Source of the DNA: Pseudomonadota bacterium
GTDB lineage: Bacteria > Pseudomonadota > Gammaproteobacteria > Burkholderiales > JAJZUU01
DNA length: 64,000 nt
Assembly: GCA_021848325.1 (NCBI GenBank)
Contig: JAJZUU010000009.1
Location: 1,580-65,579, forward strand
Direction of reading: 5' to 3'
Shown: positions 34,621 to 40,839 of the stretch, piece by piece
Layout: each line of letters opens with the position of its first letter
Numbering within the stretch: the first letter of the stretch is position 1
Made by a program: the position numbers and the translations under genes
The notes under the pieces: model-generated
Databases searched by the model: none
What the model was told of the DNA's origin: nothing
The model's input: the letters and a program-made list of their open reading frames with translations, nothing else

Positions 34621-37081
34621 TGCAACCGCCCGTGCCATTGCGGCGCTACAAAAAGAAATGGCCTCAGGGGAAACTGAGGCCAGCAAAGAAAAAACCACTG
34701 TAAGCGAGAGTGTACCGAGTGCCAAAAATTTAGGCAACGGTCAGTTCGCCGAGCACGGCGCCGCTTTGCTTGCCAACGGCTATTTAATCATTCCAATCAA
34801 GCCGGGCCACAAGCGCCCGGCACTCGACAACTGGCAAACCGCACGACTTGGCGCCGCTGACCTGACCCGATACCCTAACCATGGCGTCGGTGTGCTGTGC
34901 GGGCAAGGTGCCCAGCCCATTGCCGCTATCGACGTGGATACTACGGACGGTGCATTGACTACCCGGTTCGTGGGTTGGTGCCAGGAACACCTCGGCGCCA
35001 CGTGTGAGCGCGTGGGCTTCGCGCCCAAGATCCTGCTCGCCTACCGGGCAGCGTCCGAAGGCTGGGGCAAGGCTACCGGCGCCTGGTTCGAGGACTTGGG
35101 CGGTGCGCGGCACCGGCTGGAAGTGCTGGGCAAGGGTCAGCAGTTCGTGGCCTACCATATCCACCCGGACACGGGCGAGCCCTACGAGTGGGTGGATTTC
35201 TTCGGCGGCCTCGATGCCATGCGGGCCGGCGACCTGCCCATCATCACCGAGGCCCAGGTCGAAGAAGCCCTGCAGGTGTTCGAGGCCATGGCCGAGGAAG
35301 CCGGGCTCGTGCGCGTGTCGGGCAGCAAGACCAAGGCTGGGGGCATGACCTCGGCGCCGGTCGACGACCCGCTCATGGCCTATGAGCCACCGGTCGGCAT
35401 TGACATGGGAGAGGCCCGGCGCCTTGTGTCCTACGTGGATAACGAGGACTACGACACCTGGCTGAAAGTCGGCATGTCGCTGCACCACGAGTTCGACGGC
35501 GACGTGGCCGCGCTGGATTTGTGGGATGAATGGTCGAGCACGGCAACGAACTACGCCAGCCGTGAGGACTTGGAGAAGCGGTGGGATAGCTTCGGCCGAT
35601 CGGGGCGCAACCCGACGACGGCGCGCTGGCTGCTCAAGGTAGCGGGCGAAGCAAAGAAGCCCGACCATGATGCTGGCCGATTAGACGCGGCACGCCGCGA
35701 ACACCAGAAGCAGGAAAACGAGCGCATTGGCAACGGCAACGGCCGTTACCCGACCGTCGAGGTTATCGACCTGAAAGCCGCATTGACCCGATTCGTTTTC
35801 ATGTCGGACGGTTCTCGCGTCGCCGACATCTTCAACCCGCACTACGATCTGGCCTTTTCCGACTGGTCGGCCACGTTCGCAGCCTCGAAGGAGCCGATAT
35901 GGGACGACGAGAAGCGGAAGGAGAAGCTGGTGGCTGTTCCGCTCTTGTGGCGCGCATCGAAGGAGCGCAAGACCGTGGTTTGCCGCACCTTCAAAGCAGG
36001 CGGTGCGCCGGTTCTCAACGATCCCAACGGGAAGCTGGCGCTGAACACCTGGCGCCCGTTTGATCGCACTGCGAACGTGCAGGACATGGCAGCGGCCGGG
36101 GTGGATCTGTTCCTGGATCACGTCGACCTGCTATTCGGGAAGGATGCCCCGCGTTTCCTCGACTGGCTGGCGCATATTGAGCAACGCCCCGGCGAACTCC
36201 CCCATACGGCGTGGCTGCACATTGCCAAGCACTTCGGCCTGGGCCGCAACTGGATGGAATCGGTACTCGCCCGCGTTTGGGCCGGCGCCGTGGCCGCCAA
36301 TCTTGACCTTGTTTCAGTGCTCAAGAAAGACGGCTACAACGGCCGGCTTTCTTGCAAGGTGCTGGCCGTGGTCGATGAAATTCGGGAAGGCGGCCGCGAC
36401 GCGCAGTGGGAGCACTCGGAGAAAATGAAGAGCATCATCACCGAGGAAACGCGGCAGATTAACCCGAAGTACGGGCGTCAGTCGGTAGAGTTCAATGCGT
36501 GCCGCTGGTTGATGTTCTCCAACCACTTGTCGGCCATCCCCCTAGAAGATGGCGACCGACGCATCGAGGTTGTCTATACCGAGGCCCGGCCACGGGGGGC
36601 AGATTACTACGCCAGGCTGTACTCCGTGCTCGACGATGCCATGTTCATCGCCGCCGTAGCGAAGTACCTGGGCGAGCGTGACATTGGCGCATTCAATCCG
36701 GGTGCCCACGCCGTCAATAGCGAATCGAAGAAGGCGGCAACCAAAGCGAGCCAAACCCCAATGGCAGCATGGTGCGAAATGCTGGTCGAGCACTGGCCCA
36801 GTGACCTGATTATGTCGCAGCACCTTTTCGACATCCTGGCGCGCGATGGTGCAGGCGGATCGCTCAACGCCGCACACCGACGAACCTTGGAGCAGCACGG
36901 CGTTGAAGCCCTGGGCAAGCCGTTGAAGGTGGAAGGCCGGCCGGTGCGCGTTTCAATTGTTCGCAACAAGGAACGGTGGAAACAGGCAGAACCTAACAAC
37001 CTGCGCGACGAGTTGGCGAAGGCCAATCCCGGATTGGACAGTGCCCGCGACTACCTGATGGAGTTTGCAGCGTGCGGGTAA
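34613..37081 (+). CDS. replication protein: bifunctional primase-polymerase N-terminal domain + PriCT-like + SF3/D5-type helicase-like C-terminal domain
   Basis: 822 aa. Prim-pol-like GYLIIPIKPGHKRP...GVGVLCG...IDVD, PriCT-like YDTWLKVGMSLHHEF and helicase-like LAVVDEI (Walker B). Start at ATG 34613 with RBS AAGGGTGG (34571 is an alternative). Confidence 0.8.
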   Translation: MTNATARAIAALQKEMASGETEASKEKTTVSESVPSAKNLGNGQFAEHGAALLANGYLIIPIKPGHKRPALDNWQTARLGAADLTRYPNHGVGVLCGQGAQPIAAIDVDTTDGALTTRFVGWCQEHLGATCERVGFAPKILLAYRAASEGWGKATGAWFEDLGGARHRLEVLGKGQQFVAYHIHPDTGEPYEWVDFFGGLDAMRAGDLPIITEAQVEEALQVFEAMAEEAGLVRVSGSKTKAGGMTSAPVDDPLMAYEPPVGIDMGEARRLVSYVDNEDYDTWLKVGMSLHHEFDGDVAALDLWDEWSSTATNYASREDLEKRWDSFGRSGRNPTTARWLLKVAGEAKKPDHDAGRLDAARREHQKQENERIGNGNGRYPTVEVIDLKAALTRFVFMSDGSRVADIFNPHYDLAFSDWSATFAASKEPIWDDEKRKEKLVAVPLLWRASKERKTVVCRTFKAGGAPVLNDPNGKLALNTWRPFDRTANVQDMAAAGVDLFLDHVDLLFGKDAPRFLDWLAHIEQRPGELPHTAWLHIAKHFGLGRNWMESVLARVWAGAVAANLDLVSVLKKDGYNGRLSCKVLAVVDEIREGGRDAQWEHSEKMKSIITEETRQINPKYGRQSVEFNACRWLMFSNHLSAIPLEDGDRRIEVVYTEARPRGADYYARLYSVLDDAMFIAAVAKYLGERDIGAFNPGAHAVNSESKKAATKASQTPMAAWCEMLVEHWPSDLIMSQHLFDILARDGAGGSLNAAHRRTLEQHGVEALGKPLKVEGRPVRVSIVRNKERWKQAEPNNLRDELAKANPGLDSARDYLMEFAACG

Positions 37082-37098
37082 TACCTTGCAGCGAACAC

Positions 37099-37261
37099 GT
37101 AACCGGCCGCCGATTGGTGGCCGTTTTTGTTTGGGCGGTTACGCTGGTTACGCTGGTTACGCTCAATATATAAACGTCAAACCATTCATTTTATTGATGG
37201 TTACTTTTTAGAAACGCCGTAACGAGCGTAACGAGCGTAACCGACCGCCGATTGGTGGCCG
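37099..37261. other. putative replication origin: inverted iteron triplets flanking an AT-rich core
   Basis: GGTTACGCT x3 (37137-37163), a 50-bp AT-rich stretch (37164-37213), then an inverted AGCGTAAC(C/G) x3 (37216-37242). Bracketed by a direct 25-bp repeat GTAACCG(G/A)CCGCCGATTGGTGGCCG (37099 and 37237). Confidence 0.65.
37104..37133 (+). terminator. intrinsic terminator after the replication gene
   Basis: Stem CGGCCGCC/GGTGGCCG (one G.U) with loop GATT, followed by TTTTTGTTTG. Confidence 0.65.
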
Positions 37262-37278
37262 AATTTCCGCGCAGTACG

Positions 37279-37520
37279 TGCGCGCGAGGCAACAAAAAAA
37301 ATTGACACCTGAAAAAGGCCCAAACTTCACGCATCGCGCGCGGGCATGCGCGTGTGGGGCTGGGCATCCGCACACCTGAAAAAGGGGCGGCAGCGCCTTG
37401 CTAGACGCATCGCGCGTGCGCATGCGCGCGAGGCAGACGTCCTAGGCCTCTAGACGATGGGGACCTAATCTCGCGCGTGCGCATGCGCGCGAGGCAGACA
37501 CCGTCCAGACACCTGAAAAA
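37279..37520. repeat. GC-rich repeat array / probable operator region
   Basis: 28-bp perfect repeat CGCGCGTGCGCATGCGCGCGAGGCAGAC at 37411-37438 and 37472-37499, with a related TGCGCGCGAGGCAAC at 37279. ACACCTGAAAAA at 37305, 37372 and 37509. ACGCATCGCGCG at 37329 and 37405. Confidence 0.85.
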
Positions 37521-37688
37521 ACGGCCGCAACGGATCAACTGACCGCTGGCAATCAAGCAACAGTGCGCCCTCAGCCGGCGTGTGCGTAATCCCGAGCGTA
37601 AAGGGCATGGTGCACGTACCTCGTAGGGGTGCCCGTACCTTTCTGTCTGACAAATACAGTCATCCCATGACCACCGGACAGAAACGAC

Positions 37689-37889
37689 ATGCCCAAGCTG
37701 ATAACCCTCGAAGAAGCTGCCGCCCGATGCGGCATTTCGCGCCGGACGGTGGATCGCTACGTCGAGCGCGGGCAGTTCGTGGCTCTCTATCAACTCCCTA
37801 CCGGCCACCTTCGCGTTGATGAGCACGACCTCAACGCTTGGCTGGCCGCATGCCGCACCGACAACCAACCGAAGGAAGCCACCCAATGA
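37689..37889 (+). CDS. excisionase/MerR-type helix-turn-helix DNA-binding protein
   Basis: 66 aa, LITLEEAAARCGISRRTVDRYVERGQF...LRVDEHDLNAWL. Confidence 0.7.
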   Translation: MPKLITLEEAAARCGISRRTVDRYVERGQFVALYQLPTGHLRVDEHDLNAWLAACRTDNQPKEATQ

Positions 37890-38782
37890 GAACCGCAGCC
37901 ATCGACAAGGAACTCGCCAAAGAGCACGAACAGCTTGGCGAGGCCCGAGCAGCAGCAGCCGAAGCCGCTGAGAAGCTGTCCACCGAACCCGGCAACAAGA
38001 AACATCGTTTGGCCGTGCTGGAAGCGCAGGCACGAGCCGATGAAATCAACGTGACCATCGAGGCCCTTAACCTGGCCCGCGAGCAGGCGGTCAAATTCGA
38101 TCAGTCCGAGGAAGGCCAGGCCACCCGCGCCAAGCGGGCGTCGATGGTGGCAACCGTGCGCGATGCCAATGCACAAATGGTTGCAGCAGCGGCCGCCGTC
38201 GACGAGGTGCTGGCCGCACTGCGCACCTGCGCCGTGCAATTCGCCGACGCTCGCTTGGCCGCTCAAAGTGCTAGTGCCGCCTATCTCGACCTGAACGAGA
38301 GCGACCTCGACGCCCGGATGCACGACTACCAAGCCCTGAACCACGAACCCGGCAACGTGGCGCACGCCTTGGCATTGACACTGCACGACATTGTTACTGC
38401 CACCGGACTGGATTGCAGCCACTTCCTCACGTTCAACCCCTACACGCTGACGCCCAACAGTGGCGTGGGCGGTGAATTCTTGCGAACCCTTGAACAAGGA
38501 GCACGGGCCAACACCCTGCGCGCTGTCACAACCCTGGCACATATCGAGGCAGTGCATACCGGCACCTATGTGCCGCCACCGCCCATGGAGCAGCCCAGAC
38601 CCAACCTGCACGCCGACCACTTCATCGCCGCGAACTTCAACGAACTGATGGAGCACGTTGCTGCAACCGGCGAAGAGCCAGCCCTCGACCCGGACGAAAC
38701 GCACACGATTGCAAAGGATTGGGACGAATACTTGGCTGCAACCTCGGGCCTCGAATCGCCCAAGGTGCTGCACCAGGAGTAA
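37886..38782 (+). CDS. hypothetical alanine-rich, predominantly helical protein (scaffold-like by composition only)
   Basis: 298 aa. ATGA overlap with the upstream HTH gene. N-terminal coiled-coil-like region. Confidence 0.6.
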   Translation: MRTAAIDKELAKEHEQLGEARAAAAEAAEKLSTEPGNKKHRLAVLEAQARADEINVTIEALNLAREQAVKFDQSEEGQATRAKRASMVATVRDANAQMVAAAAAVDEVLAALRTCAVQFADARLAAQSASAAYLDLNESDLDARMHDYQALNHEPGNVAHALALTLHDIVTATGLDCSHFLTFNPYTLTPNSGVGGEFLRTLEQGARANTLRAVTTLAHIEAVHTGTYVPPPPMEQPRPNLHADHFIAANFNELMEHVAATGEEPALDPDETHTIAKDWDEYLAATSGLESPKVLHQE

Positions 38783-38788
38783 CCAGCG

Positions 38789-38995
38789 ATGAATTACACC
38801 CCCGTCAATGTGCCGCTGCAAAGCCCCGAGCGCGTGGTCTATCCGCACGAGGTGACACCACCGCGTGAGTGTGAGGTCAGCAGGCCGAGCCCGACAGAGG
38901 CAGCGACATCCTGGTCGGGCTTCCACAAGCGGGGGTGCTATGAGCGAAGAAGCCAAGCGATACATCGTGCGCGAATACCTCGATCTTCACCCTGA
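38789..38995 (+). CDS. hypothetical small protein (uncertain)
   Basis: 68-aa ORF with a good RBS (AGGAG 9 nt upstream), but it overlaps the next ORF by 56 nt. Confidence 0.3.
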   Translation: MNYTPVNVPLQSPERVVYPHEVTPPRECEVSRPSPTEAATSWSGFHKRGCYERRSQAIHRARIPRSSP

Positions 38996-39122
38996 CAAAG
39001 AATTCCGGCGCGCGGTCTTTGCGTTGCTGCTTCTCGACAAACCTGAGCACCTAGACACGCTCTACGACATGGCCGTGCGCTTCGGCATGTGCGGCGAGAT
39101 TGTCGAGGGCGTTTTCATTTAA
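38940..39122 (+). CDS. hypothetical small protein
   Basis: 60 aa (MSEEAKRYIVREYLDLHPDKEF...) with RBS GGGGGTG. Confidence 0.45.
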   Translation: MSEEAKRYIVREYLDLHPDKEFRRAVFALLLLDKPEHLDTLYDMAVRFGMCGEIVEGVFI

Positions 39123-39134
39123 GGAGTCTTAACC

Positions 39135-39578
39135 ATGGCAATCATCGACGCAGCAACGCAGTTTTCCAACGCTCAAACCGTGACCGGTGCGAGCGCTGTC
39201 CTTTCCGCCAATACCCTTGATGCGCTACAGAACCGCGATATGGGCGGTGGTAAATCTTTTCAGGTGCTGTTTCAGGTCGGCACCGCATTTGCCGGCCTGA
39301 CGGCCCTCGAAATGCAGATCATCACGGCCGACGATGCCGGCCTGACCACGAACGTGAATGTGCTGGGCAGTACGGGTGCCATTCCAGTGGCTTCGCTGAC
39401 GGCGGCCGCCAGGTTCTACGCCAGCATCAACCCGCGCATCGGCAACAAGGGGCAGCGCTACATCGGCTGCCGCTACATCCCGACCGGCACCGGCACGGCT
39501 GGCACGATCAGCGCGCAAATCGGTGGCGACGTGGGCGACTTCAAGCCGGTTTATCCAACCGGCTATTCCGTGGCTTAA
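39135..39578 (+). CDS. Bbp16-like (phage capsid cement/decoration-type, jelly-roll) protein
   Basis: 147 aa with RBS AAGGAG. Pattern FSNAQTVTGASAVLSANTLD...RDMGGGKSFQVLFQV...ALEMQIITADD...RYIGCRYIPTGTGTAG resembles the Bbp16 family as I remember it. Not verified by search. Confidence 0.5.
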   Translation: MAIIDAATQFSNAQTVTGASAVLSANTLDALQNRDMGGGKSFQVLFQVGTAFAGLTALEMQIITADDAGLTTNVNVLGSTGAIPVASLTAAARFYASINPRIGNKGQRYIGCRYIPTGTGTAGTISAQIGGDVGDFKPVYPTGYSVA

Positions 39579-39589
39579 GGGGAACAATC

Positions 39590-40117
39590 ATGGACGTTGG
39601 AGGCGCAGGGATATTTTTACAGGCGGCCGGGGCCGTCAATTCGGCTATCGGCAGCTACTACAGCGCGAAGTCCCAGCAAAGCAGCCTGCGCTTCGCCGCA
39701 GACATCGCCGACATCAATGCGCGCATTTCCGAAATCGGGGCGCAATCTGAATTGATGAAGGGCGAGCGCGAGATTGGCGCCCTCACGATGCGTTACGGCC
39801 AGATGAAGTCCACGCAGCGCGCCTCACTCGCAGCAAACGGCGTGGATTTGGGCGAAGGCAGCGCGGCCGAGATCCAAGCCTCTACCGACATCCTCAAGGA
39901 AATCGACGCCAACACGCTGAACTCCAACGCTGTGCGCAGCGCCTGGGGCTATCGCACACAGGCGACCAACTACCAGAATGACGCCATCTTAAAGCGTGCC
40001 ACGGCCAGCACTATCGACCCACTTGGGGCGGGCCTCACGTCACTGCTGGGCAGCGCTGGCAGCGTGGCGAGCAGTTGGTACAACTACAACAAGGCGAGCG
40101 GCCAGCAGGTGCGGTGA
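39590..40117 (+). CDS. T7 gp14-like internal virion protein candidate
   Basis: 175 aa. Gly/Ala-rich hydrophobic N- and C-termini flank a long Q/A/S-rich helical region, with the size and composition of podovirus inner-core proteins. Confidence 0.45.
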   Translation: MDVGGAGIFLQAAGAVNSAIGSYYSAKSQQSSLRFAADIADINARISEIGAQSELMKGEREIGALTMRYGQMKSTQRASLAANGVDLGEGSAAEIQASTDILKEIDANTLNSNAVRSAWGYRTQATNYQNDAILKRATASTIDPLGAGLTSLLGSAGSVASSWYNYNKASGQQVR

Positions 40118-40629
40118 TGAGAACCATCGGGCTTTCTGCAAAAGGGAAGGTGGTAGGCGAATACGTGCCATCGGCAAAACTGACCTTTGCCCAGGTAGAG
40201 GAAATGCGCGCCCTGGCAACAGGCGGCCTCACATACACCGAAATTGGCGCCAGGTTTGGTGTTTCCAGATCGAGCGCGGCCAGGGCCATCAAGGGCGAAA
40301 CCTGGGCAGTTCCGGTAGCAAGGCTGGTGCAGCAGATCGAAACCGAGGACTTGGCCGCACTCACTTCTGGCGAGGGGCGGCTGCTGATTGCCAAAAAGGC
40401 CGGGGCGACTACCGGGTCAGTTGAACGAGCCATGAAGAAGACCGGCATTGCCTGGGATGGAAATATCAGGAAGCAGAAGCATTCCCATTGCAAGCAGGGG
40501 CACCCCCTGGAGGGTCAGAACCTGATTGTGAGGAAAAACGGCACCCAAGCCTGCCGAGAGTGCAGCCGGGAACGGGGGCGCACATTTGCACGGAGAAAGC
40601 GCGATGACGCTCGCCGTGGCCGTGAATGA
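40117..40629 (+). CDS. HTH DNA-binding protein with C-terminal Cys/His zinc-ribbon-like motif
   Basis: 170 aa. AKLTFAQVEEMRALATGGLTYTEIGARFGVSRSSAARAIKG, and HCKQGHPLEGQNLIVRKNGTQACRECSRER. Start overlaps the previous stop by 1 nt. Confidence 0.6.
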   Translation: MRTIGLSAKGKVVGEYVPSAKLTFAQVEEMRALATGGLTYTEIGARFGVSRSSAARAIKGETWAVPVARLVQQIETEDLAALTSGEGRLLIAKKAGATTGSVERAMKKTGIAWDGNIRKQKHSHCKQGHPLEGQNLIVRKNGTQACRECSRERGRTFARRKRDDARRGRE

Positions 40630-40834
40630 CGCCGGTTTGCGCATCGGTGAGGATCATCCGAACGCCAAGCTGACCGATGCCGAAGTGGAACGCATCCGCA
40701 GCCTGCACGAGGAAGGCATGGGCTACGAGGCTATCGCCGAAAAATACGAAGTAAGCAAGTGGTGCATCGGGCGTATTTGCCGATACGAACGCCGGGGGCA
40801 AACCACTGCACGCTGGAAAACAATCGAGGAGTAA
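40604..40834 (+). CDS. small HTH DNA-binding protein (paralogue of the N-domain of 40117..40629)
   Basis: 76 aa, HPNAKLTDAEVERIRSLHEEGMGYEAIAEKYEVSKWCIGRICRYERR. RBS GGAGA upstream of ATG 40604. Confidence 0.55.
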   Translation: MTLAVAVNDAGLRIGEDHPNAKLTDAEVERIRSLHEEGMGYEAIAEKYEVSKWCIGRICRYERRGQTTARWKTIEE

Positions 40835-40839
40835 AACCC

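Noticed and set aside
37259-37530. Possible CRISPR array
   Set aside because: The repeats are heterogeneous and present in only 2-3 copies. The intervening sequences themselves contain other repeats, spacing is irregular, there are no cas genes, and the repeats are strongly palindromic and GC-rich. An operator or regulatory array is a better fit.
37401-38033. 210-aa minus-strand ORF (and 37191-37423 small ORFs) across the repeat region
   Set aside because: It runs through the repeats and antisense to the HTH and 298-aa genes. There is no RBS, and the composition is that of a shadow frame.
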